Origin: Flavobacteriales bacterium
GTDB lineage: Bacteria; Bacteroidota; Bacteroidia; Flavobacteriales_F; PHOS-HE28
Assembly: GCA_031411095.1 (NCBI GenBank)
Contig: JANOAK010000009.1
Location: 12,999-76,998 of the forward strand
Length of the DNA: 64,000 nucleotides
Reading direction: 5' to 3'
A program made the position numbers and the translations under genes. Position 1 is the first letter of the stretch. Every line of letters starts with the position of its first letter. Under the pieces are notes generated by a model. The model searched no databases and was not told the DNA's origin. It worked only from the letters and a program-made list of their open reading frames with translations. Positions 19,189-29,325 of the stretch are shown here, piece after piece.

Positions 19189-20571
19189 ATGAAGTATGTA
19201 TGTACGTGGCCGCTTCGCTGGCTCTTCGGGGGTGGTGTGTTCCTTGTCGCCCCGCTGCTTGTTTCAGGCCAATGGCAAAGCCTGGGTGGTGGAGTGAACC
19301 ATTTAGTCCACGCTTTTCTCGTCGATGAGGAGGCTGATGAACTGATCGTCAGCGGGTCATTTATACAAACCAACACGGACTCGCTGCTACTGCGGGGGCT
19401 CGGCCGATGGAATGGTCAAGAGTGGAACACTTTGGCAGGTGGAAGTGGGGATACGATCAACGGGAGCATGAATGCTGTTTGGGCGTTGGCCGAACACCAT
19501 GATACGCTCTTCATCGCCCATGGCAACATCATTTGGCATTACGACCCGGATCTGCTTGGCGCCGCCTATTTGACCGATAGTACATGGCATGCATGCGGAA
19601 GCCCGACCAATAATTTCTTCGTATTCGAGGAGAATGGTCGATTGTTCGGTGGAGGGGCTGATAGCTTGCAAGGCAGCTACATGCCGGGCGTCGTGGAATG
19701 GGTAGGCGGACAATGGACAACCCCACCGGGTTCACCCTTTGTGAACATCGCGGATGTATACGGTAGCGCATACTGGCACGGGCAGTACTATTTCGGTGGT
19801 GTTTTTCTGGTGGAGGGCAGCCGAAAGATCGTGGCGTACGACGGCGTGGACCAATGGTCGGGGCTGGGTGGCGGGGTCGGCGGGGTGCACATCAATGCCA
19901 TTGAAGGCTATGGTGACTCCCTGTATGTCGGGGGCTTCTTCACACCTGGACAGGATGTGCAAAGTCAGCACATCCAGATCTGGGATGGGGTTGGGTGGAA
20001 GCCTTTCTTCCCGGAAGTAGAATATTACGATCAAGTCTGGGATCTAGTCGTATATGACGGGAGCCTTTACATCTCTGGGGCGTTCAAATTCATAGACAGT
20101 GACACCGATTATTCCATCCTTCGCTACAACGGTCATGAGATTTGTGCGATAGGTGGATCGTTTATTGGTACAGGCACTTCAAGGCGATTGGCCTTCTTTA
20201 ATGGTGATCTCTATTCTTCGCTCCCGGTTGGATTCCCGTTTCTGCCAGGAGAACAAGTAGGCCGCTTGCCACTCAACGACCTTATCCCGGATCGCTGCGT
20301 TACAGTGAGCACTGGATTTGCTGAATCGCGATCAGAGACCACTTTCAAAGTCCATCCGAATCCCGTATCCCAGGAATTTACCCTGCAGTTCGGCGAACTG
20401 CAGGCGGATCAGGTGGTGATATTGGATGCGACCGGTCGTATGGTCCGGCAATTGCCGGTGGAGGGGCATTCCAGCTTGACCGTCCCGGCATCCGGATTCG
20501 CGCCGGGGAGTTACGCCGTACGTGTATCGGATGGTTCTGGTGTGCGTACAGCTTGGTTCATTAAGGACTGA
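19189..20571 (+). CDS. T9SS type A CTD-containing secreted beta-propeller-like protein (paralog A)
   Basis: Signal peptide; C-terminal VHPNPVSQEFTLQF...GSYAVRV sorting domain; 50-60% identical to next gene. Confidence 0.8.
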   Translation: MKYVCTWPLRWLFGGGVFLVAPLLVSGQWQSLGGGVNHLVHAFLVDEEADELIVSGSFIQTNTDSLLLRGLGRWNGQEWNTLAGGSGDTINGSMNAVWALAEHHDTLFIAHGNIIWHYDPDLLGAAYLTDSTWHACGSPTNNFFVFEENGRLFGGGADSLQGSYMPGVVEWVGGQWTTPPGSPFVNIADVYGSAYWHGQYYFGGVFLVEGSRKIVAYDGVDQWSGLGGGVGGVHINAIEGYGDSLYVGGFFTPGQDVQSQHIQIWDGVGWKPFFPEVEYYDQVWDLVVYDGSLYISGAFKFIDSDTDYSILRYNGHEICAIGGSFIGTGTSRRLAFFNGDLYSSLPVGFPFLPGEQVGRLPLNDLIPDRCVTVSTGFAESRSETTFKVHPNPVSQEFTLQFGELQADQVVILDATGRMVRQLPVEGHSSLTVPASGFAPGSYAVRVSDGSGVRTAWFIKD

Positions 20572-20572
20572 A

Positions 20573-21967
20573 ATGGTCTTGCTGAACAAATGTTGGCGGC
20601 GACACCGCTGGCTGGTCGCTTGCTCTCTGCTCGTTTTCATCCCGGGCGCAGCCACAGCTCAATGGCAAAGCATGGATGGGGGGGTGGATTTTGGCGTGAA
20701 CGCATTCATGGTCAGCGAGGACTCCACCAAATTACTGGTCAGTGGTGCCTTTGTCCATGCTTCCGTGGGTAGCCTGCGTGTAATGGGGCTGGCAAAGTGG
20801 GACGGAAGGCATTGGACCGGAGATGGTCTTGCCGGAGGCAGCGGGGACACGGTCAATGGTAGCATGAATGCGGTATATGCCATGGCACGGCATAACGACA
20901 CACTTTTCGTTGCGCATCACAGTATCATCTGGCACTATGATCCCGCCATGCTTGGTGTTGCCTACTTGGCCGATAGTGCCTGGCATCCATGCGGTAGCCC
21001 AAGCAGCACATTCTGGGTATTCAATGAAAATGGCAGGCTGTTCGGTGGTGGCCCCGATACGGTTCAGGGACAGCATATGCCGGGTGTGCTGGAATGGGTG
21101 GGTGGTGAATGGCGAACGCCGCCAGGTTCGCCGTTCGTTACTGGTGCCGCGCTCTATGCCAGTGCATTCTGGCACGATCAATACTACTTCGGTGGGGTTT
21201 TTCTTGCACTCGGAAGCAGAAAGATCGTAGCCTTTGATGGTGTTGACCAATGGAGCGGTTTGGGCGGTGGTGTCGGTGGCATACACATTAATTCGATTGA
21301 AGGTTATGGCGATTCGTTATATGTGGGGGGGTTTTTCACGCCTGGCCAGGATGTGCAGAGCAAACACTTACAGATCTGGGATGGTGCGCTTTGGAAGCCT
21401 TTCTTTCCCGAAGTGGATTTTCTAGGTCAGGTGACCGATATGGCGGTATACGATGGTAAACTGTATATCGCCGCTGGATATCGGTTTATTGACGACACAA
21501 CAGTGTATGGATTGCTCCGATATGATGGTCTCGAATTATGTGCAATTGGAGGGCCATTTTATAATAGCGGCGCAGTTATGCATTTGTCATTTTATCAAGG
21601 GAAGTTGATTGCTGCGCTACCTCCTGAATTTGCCCCGTTACCATACGAATGGAGCGGTCAACTTCCCTTGGCCGGCTTGATCCCTGACCGGTGTGTAGAA
21701 GTCAACACGGGTATTGCAGACTCGCGATCGGAGAGCACCTTTAATGTCTACCCGAATCCGGTATCACAAGAACTTACCGTGCAGTTCGGTGAACGGAAGG
21801 CGGATCAGGTGGTAATAATGGATGCGACAGGTCGTACGATCCAGCAATTGCCTGTGCAGGGGCGATCCAGCCTGACCATACCGGCATCCGGTCTGGCGCC
21901 GGGCACTTACGCCGTGCGCGTAGCGGATGATTTTGGTGTGCGTTCAGCGTGGTTCATTAGGGACTGA
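20573..21967 (+). CDS. T9SS type A CTD-containing secreted beta-propeller-like protein (paralog B)
   Basis: Start ATG 20573 (MVLLNKCWRRHRWLVACSLLVF); C-terminal VYPNPVSQELTVQF CTD. Confidence 0.8.
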   Translation: MVLLNKCWRRHRWLVACSLLVFIPGAATAQWQSMDGGVDFGVNAFMVSEDSTKLLVSGAFVHASVGSLRVMGLAKWDGRHWTGDGLAGGSGDTVNGSMNAVYAMARHNDTLFVAHHSIIWHYDPAMLGVAYLADSAWHPCGSPSSTFWVFNENGRLFGGGPDTVQGQHMPGVLEWVGGEWRTPPGSPFVTGAALYASAFWHDQYYFGGVFLALGSRKIVAFDGVDQWSGLGGGVGGIHINSIEGYGDSLYVGGFFTPGQDVQSKHLQIWDGALWKPFFPEVDFLGQVTDMAVYDGKLYIAAGYRFIDDTTVYGLLRYDGLELCAIGGPFYNSGAVMHLSFYQGKLIAALPPEFAPLPYEWSGQLPLAGLIPDRCVEVNTGIADSRSESTFNVYPNPVSQELTVQFGERKADQVVIMDATGRTIQQLPVQGRSSLTIPASGLAPGTYAVRVADDFGVRSAWFIRD

Positions 21968-21968
21968 A

Positions 21969-22040
21969 ATGGTCTTGCGGAACATATACTGGCGGCGACA
22001 CCGCTGGCTGATCGCTTGTGCGGTGATCCTCACTGGCCGG
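21969..22040 (+). pseudogene. Truncated 5' remnant of a further paralog (first about 24 codons only)
   Basis: ATGGTCTTGCGGAACATATACTGGCGGCGACACCGCTGGCTGATCGCTTG is about 85% identical to start of gene 20573; junction TTCATTAGGGACTGAAATGG conserved; homology stops at the 22038 direct repeat. Confidence 0.35.
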
Positions 22041-22058
22041 ATCCGGGGCCGCCGTAGC
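22038..22058. repeat. Right copy of 21-bp direct repeat (CGGATCCGGGGCCGCCGTAGC)
   Basis: 20/21 identical to 16323..16343; located exactly where paralog remnant homology ends. Confidence 0.3.
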
Positions 22059-22063
22059 GCGGT

Positions 22064-23602
22064 TCACGCCGCCTTCGTCCCTTCCTCGCGGATCGTTTCC
22101 GGCGTAGGGCGCCACGTGGTGCATCGCATCTTGTCGCCGAACACGGGGCTTTTGAAGAGGCTGGTCCCTAACAGCATGCGTGCACACTCCTGCACGCCTT
22201 CGGTGATGCTGGGGTGCGGGTGGATCAGGTCGGCGAGTTCGCGGATGCCGATGCCGGTGCGCATCATGAGGGCCACGGCCTGTATGGCGCTGCTGGCATG
22301 TTCGCCCACGGCGCGCATGCCGAGCACTTTCATGTCGTCATCATCCGTAACGAGCAACTTGAAGAAGCCGCGCGTCCTGCGCATGGCGATGGCGCGTGCA
22401 AGGCAGGCATAATCGAGCCGTGCCGTCCGATGTGCGATGCCGCGCTTGATGCATTCCTGTTCGTTGAGGCCCACGCCCGCCACCTCGGGATCCAGGAACA
22501 TGATGGTGCTCACGTTGTCATAGCTCAACGGGCGTTGCACCGCGTTGCACATCAGCTCCACCGCATGGCGGCCTTCCAATTCGCCGAGGTTCACGAGCAT
22601 ATTGCTGCCGGTGGCGTCGCCCACCACATGGATGTGTGGCACGCTGGTGCGCGTGTCGTTCACGATGATGTTGCCACTGGTTGGATCGAAGCTGACGCCG
22701 GTATGTTCGAGCCCCAGGCCGCTGAGGTTCGCGACCCGTCCCACGGACAACAGTGCCTTTTCAACGGCAACGGTCTCGCGATGCCCGTTGGGATAGGAGA
22801 GGGTGTACTCCACACCATGCGGCATGGCCTCCAGGCGTTCGAGCTTGGCGCTGCGATGGATGATGACGCCTTTCTTCTCCAGTTGCCGGGCGATGAGATC
22901 GCTGACGTCCTCATCCTCGAACGGCAGGATGCGATCGGCGCGGTCGATCAAGTGAACGCGGGTGCGGCCGAAGTTGCTGAAGATGGTGGCGAACTCGCAG
23001 CCGATGACACCGGCCCCGACGATCACGATGCTCTCGGGCAGGTCATCGATGCGGAAGATGCCATCGCTGGAGAGGATGCGTTCCTCATCCACGGTGATCC
23101 CGGGTGCGTTGCGTGGTCGGCTGCCCGTGGCGATGATGAAATGATCGGCGCGCAGTTCCGATCGATCGCCGGACCGGTCCACCACCACTTCATGCTCGTT
23201 CACGAAGCGTGCGATCCCGCGTACATGGTGGAAGCGATCCCGTCCCCGGCCCGAGGGGTCGGTGGCGTTCTCGAGCAGCTGCATGTGGCAGGCGTAGAGG
23301 TATTTGCGTTCGAAGACGGCCTCATTGAGCGTTTTGGTGATCTCATCCCAAGAGAGGCGGAACGGTTCGCGGCCACGCTGGCGGATGACCTCATTGGCAC
23401 TGGTCACGCGCTGGCTCAGTTCCCAGAGCGTTTTGCTCGTGAGCGCGCCGTTATAGATGCCGGTGCCCCCGATGCGTTCGCGCTCCACCAGCACAGTGCG
23501 AAGGCCGAGATCAACGGCGCGCATGGCGGCGGCATATCCGGCCGGGCCGCCACCGATCACACAGAGGTCATAATGTTCCATAGGTACGAGTGTCCGGTTC
23601 AT
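22064..23602 (-). CDS. Pyridine nucleotide-disulfide oxidoreductase class I homolog (Lpd/SthA-like flavoprotein) lacking the redox-active CxxxxC pair
   Basis: FAD motif VIGGGPAGYAAA; NAD motif VIVGAGVIGCEF; dimerisation-domain HPHPSITEG; active-site segment reads GGTGIYNGALTSK (Cys replaced by Gly and Ala). Confidence 0.8.
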   Translation of the reverse strand: MNRTLVPMEHYDLCVIGGGPAGYAAAMRAVDLGLRTVLVERERIGGTGIYNGALTSKTLWELSQRVTSANEVIRQRGREPFRLSWDEITKTLNEAVFERKYLYACHMQLLENATDPSGRGRDRFHHVRGIARFVNEHEVVVDRSGDRSELRADHFIIATGSRPRNAPGITVDEERILSSDGIFRIDDLPESIVIVGAGVIGCEFATIFSNFGRTRVHLIDRADRILPFEDEDVSDLIARQLEKKGVIIHRSAKLERLEAMPHGVEYTLSYPNGHRETVAVEKALLSVGRVANLSGLGLEHTGVSFDPTSGNIIVNDTRTSVPHIHVVGDATGSNMLVNLGELEGRHAVELMCNAVQRPLSYDNVSTIMFLDPEVAGVGLNEQECIKRGIAHRTARLDYACLARAIAMRRTRGFFKLLVTDDDDMKVLGMRAVGEHASSAIQAVALMMRTGIGIRELADLIHPHPSITEGVQECARMLLGTSLFKSPVFGDKMRCTTWRPTPETIREEGTKAA

Positions 23603-23708
23603 ACGTCGGCAGCGCGATATGGTTCGTCGGTCGGGGAATGTCGTTCGTCCGCTGGAAGGGTATCCTTTATCGGGCGGGTTCCGTTAGAACGGGCGGGAAA
23701 CACCGCCC

Positions 23709-26700
23709 ATGACCATCCGCCATCTGCTCCTTTCCGGTTCCACAGCGCTGCTGATGCAGGGCGCCCGTGCGCAGTGTCCGCAGTTATATGACTACTACGG
23801 CACGCCGAGCAGCACGCCACAGTGGTACAGCTGCAGCGGATCGAGCTTCACCCTGCTGATCGCCTCGCCCACGAGCATTGGGGCGTACAGCATCAATTGG
23901 GGTGATGGTTCACCCGTGCAGATGGGCGCGGCGCTGATCCCGCCGATGAGCGTGAACCACGTGTACACATCGGCCGTGGCCGAATACACGGTGACCTTCA
24001 CCGAAGCGGTGTCCGGTTGTGTGATCACAGGCACGGTGGTGATGGAGGAGAGCACGAGCGCCTCGATCCAGATCCCTGTCGGGGGGCTTACGCAGGTCTG
24101 CGCGCCCAAAGCGCTGGAGTTCATCAACAGCAGCACCAACACATCGCCGAACACGGTCTTCACCTGGGACTTCGGCGATGGTTCGCCGTTGGAGGTGTAC
24201 GACCACACCAACCTGGGCCAGACCGTAACGCACACGTACCTGCAGGGCACCGTGAACTGCGAAACGACCGTGCGCCTGTATGCGGAGAACAATTGCAATA
24301 CGCTGCAGGGAGGACCGAGCATCGCGACGTTCAATCCGATCCGTGTATGGGACCTGGACGACGCGGCCATCGCGCCCAGTGCCACGCTGTTATGCTGGCC
24401 GGATAACACCGTGACATTCGTCAACACCACGGACCGCAACTGTCTCAATCAAGGCAACATCTACCAGCGCTTCGAGCACTGGAACTTCGGCGACTACTGG
24501 GGCGCAGGACAGGACAGCATCATTGACTGGAGCCCGTGGCCGCCCACCTTCCCCCGCACCATCTCGTATCCCGGCATCGGCAGTTACGATGTCACCTTGC
24601 TCGACAGCAACTACTGCGGCATCGATACGGCCACGATCACGATCAACATCGTGCCGCCGCCGAGCGTGGCGTTGGTGGCCATGCCTGCGATGATCTGCTC
24701 GGGGGAGACGATCTTCTTCAACCAGACCACCACGGGGGGCGCCAACCACCATAGCTGGAACTTCGGTGATGGCGGCGGTTGGAACACGACCGGAGGTGGT
24801 GACCAGGCGCATACGTACAACACGGCGGGCGTGTTCACGGTGAGCTATGCGGCGAGCATCACCGGAGCATCCACCGGCTGCAGTGATACGGCCTCGGTAC
24901 AGGTCACGGTGCTGCCAAGTCCCACCGCGCAGTTCACCCTGGACAACGATGCCGCCTGTATAACGCTGGTGGCAGACCCCACGAACACTTCGGTGAACGC
25001 CATCACGTATCTGTGGGACTTCGGTGACGGCACCACGGACACGCAGTTCGATCCGCCGCCGCACACCTACGCCACCGTTGGCGACCACACCATCACGCTC
25101 ACCGCCACCAACGCCGACGGATGTCCGGACCAGGCGACCGTGGCGGTCCACGTGTACGCACCGCCACAGGTGGTGATCGGCGCACAGAACGTATGCGTGG
25201 GGGACGTGGCGCAATTCAGCGACCAGAGCATCACTGCACCGGGCAACCCGGTGATCCAGTGGGCTTGGGACTTCGGTGATGGGACCACCTCCACGGATCC
25301 ATCCCCGATGCACCCGTATTCCGGTGCAGGCACGTTCACCGTCACGTTGACCGTTACCACTCCCTACTGCAGCAGCACGGGTACGCAACAGGTATCCGTG
25401 CAGGCCAAGCCCACGGCCTCCTTCATCACCACGCCCACAGCGGGATGTTCGCCCATGACGGTGAACTTCACGAACACGAGCATTGGAGCCACCAATTACA
25501 GCTGGGACTTCGGGGATGGCGCGGGCGACAACGCGACCTCGCCTTCGCACACCTATGTGAACCTGGGCACCGCGGACAGCATCCGCACCGTTACGCTCAT
25601 CGTAAGCACACCCTTCGGGTGCAGTGACACGGCCAACGTGAACATCACCGTTTCGCCGGTGGTCACCGCCCTGTTCACCAACAACGCCGTGCCCGGATGT
25701 GCACCGGTGGACGCGGACTTCACCAACAACAGCGTGGGTGCCATGAGTTACCACTGGGACTTTGGTGATGGCGCCACGAGCAATGCGGTGAACCCCTCGC
25801 ACCAGTTCGTGAACAACACGCTCTTCCTGCAAATGAACACGGTGATGCTTGTGGCCACCAGTGCGGCGGGTTGTACCGACACGGCACAGCAGGTGATCAC
25901 GGTATTCCCCACGGCCAACTTCGTCTTCGTCACCGATCCGGACAGTGGTTGCAGCCCGTTCACCACCACCTTCCCGCCCGTGCTGGGCGCGGTGACGTAC
26001 GCTTGGGACTTCGGCGATGGCACCACCGGAAGCGGGGCGGCGCCCACACACACCTACACGGACAACAACGGCGTGGGTGCGACCTACACGATCACCTTGA
26101 TCGCGGGGAACGCCTTCGGTTGCAGCGACACCTTGAGCGCGCCGCTCACCGTGCTCCCAGCTCCCGTGGCCCAGTTCAACATCACCGGGGAGCCGGGATG
26201 TCATCCACTCACGGCGACGCTCACGAACACGTCCTTGGGCGCTTCGTCGTTCAACTGGACCTATGGCGACGGAGCGTCCTCGAACACCACCGCCACGCAA
26301 CACGCTCATGATTGGTACAACTTCCAAAGCACCGGCCCGGTAAGTTATCCGGTGACATTGGAGGCCACATCGGCCGCGGGGTGCAGCAGCACAGCCACAT
26401 CCACGGTCGTGGTATACCCGATCGTCTCAGCGCAGTTCACCGCACCTGCGGAGGGCTGCTCCCCCTTTGCGGTGAACTTGAGCGATCAAGGCTCGGGCGC
26501 CGTGCAGTGGATGTGGGACATGGGCGATGGGTCGGTGCTGGCGGGCAGCAGCGTCACGCATACGTTCGTGAACACCACCACGGCCGACCAGAGCTACCTG
26601 GTGACGCTCGTATCCACCTCGGCCTACGGATGCACGGACACGGTGACACATTCCATCCTGGTGCATCCCGTGCCGAATGCGGCGTTCATGGCCACGCCGT

Positions 26701-27719
26701 TCACACAGCAGTTCCCCGCTTCCACCGTGAACATCAACAACACCACGGCATCGGGTCCATGGACCTATTTCTGGGACATGGGCGATGACAGCACGAGCAC
26801 GGCCCAGGACCCGATGACGCATACGTATGCGACGTGGGGCACCTTCACCATGACACTGGTGGTGAGCAACGCCATGTGCACGGATACGGCCACGCAGAAC
26901 GTGACCATCACGCCGCCGATACCCACCGCCAGTTTCATCGGTCAGGGCGAAGGGTGCATGCCGCTCACGGTGCAGTTCACCAACACTTCGCTGCTGGGAG
27001 AGACGTACCTGTGGAACTTCGGCGATGGCGGAACGAGCCAGGCGGAGAATCCGTCATACACGTGGAACACAGCAGGGACCTTCACCGTGTCGCTCACGGT
27101 GGTCGCCGTGGGGGGTGGCGTGAACAGTGCCATCAAGGTCGACTCCATCGTGGTCCATCCGCGCGCGGAGGCCTTCTTCACCCTGCAGCCTACCGAGGTG
27201 ATGGTGCCGAGCCAACCTGTGCTCACGTACAACCTGAGCGGCAATGCGGACCAGTTCCAGTGGGACTTCGGTGATGGCGGCACGAGCACGGAGTTCAGTC
27301 CGGCACACTATTACCAGAATGCGGGTAGCTATGATGTCGCGCTGGTGGCGAACAACCAGTGGAACTGTCCTGACACCTTCAGCCTGCCCGGGGCGGTGAC
27401 CGGTCTTGTGGCCGGCGATATCCAGTTCCCCAACGCCTTCACGCCGGGTAACTCGGGCCCTACGGATGGCGTATACGACCCGCAAAGTTTTGACAATGAC
27501 CACTTCTTCCCCGTATACGAGGGCGTGCAGGACTATCACCTGCAGGTATTCGACCGTTGGGGCGAACTGGTCTTTGAGACGTTCGACGTGCATGTCGGCT
27601 GGGACGGATACTACCGTGGCCGGCCTGCGAAACAGGACGTTTATGCCTGGAAGGCCTATGCCCGGTTCAGCAGTGGGAACGAGACCACATTGACCGGTGA
27701 TGTCACACTCCTCAGATGA
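23709..27719 (+). CDS. PKD-repeat surface protein with T9SS type B (gliding-motility-associated) C-terminal domain
   Basis: At least 12 PKD units (WDFGDGT, YxWDFGDG); C-terminal FPNAFTPGNSGPTDG...FDRWGELVFE type B CTD. Confidence 0.85.
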   Translation: MTIRHLLLSGSTALLMQGARAQCPQLYDYYGTPSSTPQWYSCSGSSFTLLIASPTSIGAYSINWGDGSPVQMGAALIPPMSVNHVYTSAVAEYTVTFTEAVSGCVITGTVVMEESTSASIQIPVGGLTQVCAPKALEFINSSTNTSPNTVFTWDFGDGSPLEVYDHTNLGQTVTHTYLQGTVNCETTVRLYAENNCNTLQGGPSIATFNPIRVWDLDDAAIAPSATLLCWPDNTVTFVNTTDRNCLNQGNIYQRFEHWNFGDYWGAGQDSIIDWSPWPPTFPRTISYPGIGSYDVTLLDSNYCGIDTATITINIVPPPSVALVAMPAMICSGETIFFNQTTTGGANHHSWNFGDGGGWNTTGGGDQAHTYNTAGVFTVSYAASITGASTGCSDTASVQVTVLPSPTAQFTLDNDAACITLVADPTNTSVNAITYLWDFGDGTTDTQFDPPPHTYATVGDHTITLTATNADGCPDQATVAVHVYAPPQVVIGAQNVCVGDVAQFSDQSITAPGNPVIQWAWDFGDGTTSTDPSPMHPYSGAGTFTVTLTVTTPYCSSTGTQQVSVQAKPTASFITTPTAGCSPMTVNFTNTSIGATNYSWDFGDGAGDNATSPSHTYVNLGTADSIRTVTLIVSTPFGCSDTANVNITVSPVVTALFTNNAVPGCAPVDADFTNNSVGAMSYHWDFGDGATSNAVNPSHQFVNNTLFLQMNTVMLVATSAAGCTDTAQQVITVFPTANFVFVTDPDSGCSPFTTTFPPVLGAVTYAWDFGDGTTGSGAAPTHTYTDNNGVGATYTITLIAGNAFGCSDTLSAPLTVLPAPVAQFNITGEPGCHPLTATLTNTSLGASSFNWTYGDGASSNTTATQHAHDWYNFQSTGPVSYPVTLEATSAAGCSSTATSTVVVYPIVSAQFTAPAEGCSPFAVNLSDQGSGAVQWMWDMGDGSVLAGSSVTHTFVNTTTADQSYLVTLVSTSAYGCTDTVTHSILVHPVPNAAFMATPFTQQFPASTVNINNTTASGPWTYFWDMGDDSTSTAQDPMTHTYATWGTFTMTLVVSNAMCTDTATQNVTITPPIPTASFIGQGEGCMPLTVQFTNTSLLGETYLWNFGDGGTSQAENPSYTWNTAGTFTVSLTVVAVGGGVNSAIKVDSIVVHPRAEAFFTLQPTEVMVPSQPVLTYNLSGNADQFQWDFGDGGTSTEFSPAHYYQNAGSYDVALVANNQWNCPDTFSLPGAVTGLVAGDIQFPNAFTPGNSGPTDGVYDPQSFDNDHFFPVYEGVQDYHLQVFDRWGELVFETFDVHVGWDGYYRGRPAKQDVYAWKAYARFSSGNETTLTGDVTLLR

Positions 27720-27726
27720 TCGAACG

Positions 27727-29319
27727 ATGAAGCGCATCCTGCTCCTGACCATCCTTGGTACACTGCTCATGCCCGGCGCCTCCGCCCAGCAGAACTACAC
27801 CCGCACCCATAACAAGATGCTGGACGAGGCCAAGAGCCTGTACGGTGTCGAGCAATGGACCGAGGCGGCCAAGATCTACCGCAAGCTGGCGCCGGTGGAC
27901 ACCACCTTCGGCGAAGTGGCCTTCGAACTGGGGATGTGCCTTACGCACATACCGGGGCAACGCGATCAGGCCTTGCCGTATTTCGAACGCGCTGCCCGTC
28001 ATGGAGAACCCGATGCCCGCTATCAAGTGGCCCTGCAACGCCACCGCCAACAACGCTTTGATGAGGAGATCGAGCTGCTGCAGGCCTACAAGCAGGAGAC
28101 GGGCCGCAGTCTGGATAACCCCGAGGTGGACCGTCACATCGCCATGGCGAACGTGGCCAAGGAACTCACATCCGCACCTGTGCGGATGGAGATCCGGAAC
28201 ATGGGTGCATTGGTCAACAGCGCTGCGCACGACTATTGCCCGCTCGTGACCGCGGACGGGAACACCATGTACTTCACCAGCCGCAGGCAAGGCGGCACCG
28301 GTGATATGCGCGATCCCAGTGGACAGTACTTCGAGGACATCTACATGGCCAAGCGGATCGATGAGGTTTGGAGCAACGCCACCAACGTAGGCACGCCGCT
28401 GAACACATTCGTGCAGGACGCCACCGTGGGCCTCAACCCCGACGGTAGCTCCATGATCATCTATCGCACCAGCCAGAACCTCACCAGCGGCGACCTCTTC
28501 GAGAGCCAGCGCCACATGGGACTTTGGCAGATGCCGGAGAAGATGACCGAGCGCATCAACAGTGAATACCACGAGCCGAGTGCCACGATCGCGCCGGATG
28601 GCAATGACATCTATTTCACCAGCGACCGCGAGGGTGGTTACGGTGGTCGCGACATCTATCGGATCCGCAAGCTGCCGAACGGCGTGTGGAGCCTGCCCTT
28701 GAACCTGGGTCCCACCATCAACACGCCTTACGATGAGGACGCGCCCTTCATGCACAGTGATGGCACCACGCTCTTCTTCAGCAGCAACGGTCACGGCACC
28801 ATGGGTGGCTTCGACATCTTCAAGAGCCAGATGGTCGACCTGGACATGAACGGATGGACGCCGCCGGAGAACATGGGCTATCCCATGAACACGGTGAACG
28901 ACGACATCTACTTCTGCCTTAGCGAGGATGGCCAGACGGGCTACTTCAGCAGCGAACGTCCCGGCGGCCTGGGTGGTCAGGACATCTATCAAGCGGTGTT
29001 CCCCACGAGCCAGATCGACTACCTCGTGGTGCGGGGTGTGGTGACGGACATGGGTGAGGAACCGCTGAAGGGGCGGATCACGCTGGTGGACAAGTCGGAT
29101 ATGGAGATCGTGGGCGTGTACAATGCGAATGAGCGCACCGGTCGCTACATCATGGTGGTGCAGCCCAATGGGCATTATGCGATGACCGTGGAAGCGGTGG
29201 GGCATGAGACCCGCGTGATGGACCTCATGGCCACTGCGCCGAACGATGTGACGAAGGAGATCCCGCTGGACATCACGCTACTGCGCAACGAGAACACGGC
29301 GCGCATCGCCAAACCCTGA
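27727..29319 (+). CDS. TPR / PD40 (TolB-like) beta-propeller / carboxypeptidase-regulatory-like domain protein, T9SS type B cargo-associated
   Basis: Signal MKRILLLTILGTLLMPGASAQ; repeated PDGxxxYFTS PD40 motifs; C-terminal CarbopepD_reg-like beta-sandwich. Confidence 0.75.
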   Translation: MKRILLLTILGTLLMPGASAQQNYTRTHNKMLDEAKSLYGVEQWTEAAKIYRKLAPVDTTFGEVAFELGMCLTHIPGQRDQALPYFERAARHGEPDARYQVALQRHRQQRFDEEIELLQAYKQETGRSLDNPEVDRHIAMANVAKELTSAPVRMEIRNMGALVNSAAHDYCPLVTADGNTMYFTSRRQGGTGDMRDPSGQYFEDIYMAKRIDEVWSNATNVGTPLNTFVQDATVGLNPDGSSMIIYRTSQNLTSGDLFESQRHMGLWQMPEKMTERINSEYHEPSATIAPDGNDIYFTSDREGGYGGRDIYRIRKLPNGVWSLPLNLGPTINTPYDEDAPFMHSDGTTLFFSSNGHGTMGGFDIFKSQMVDLDMNGWTPPENMGYPMNTVNDDIYFCLSEDGQTGYFSSERPGGLGGQDIYQAVFPTSQIDYLVVRGVVTDMGEEPLKGRITLVDKSDMEIVGVYNANERTGRYIMVVQPNGHYAMTVEAVGHETRVMDLMATAPNDVTKEIPLDITLLRNENTARIAKP

Positions 29320-29325
29320 AGCTGA

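Noticed and set aside
22033-22052. Palindromic GGCCGGATCCGGGGCC downstream of the lpd-like gene as a terminator
   Set aside because: The stem is too short and irregular and lacks a T-tract. It is better explained as part of the 21-bp direct repeat.
21927-22412. 161-aa plus-strand ORF starting MILVCVQRGSLGTEMVL…
   Set aside because: It is an out-of-frame read-through across the paralog remnant and antisense to the lpd-like gene. Only the first about 24 codons (in a different frame, 21969..22040) show homology to the paralog N-termini.
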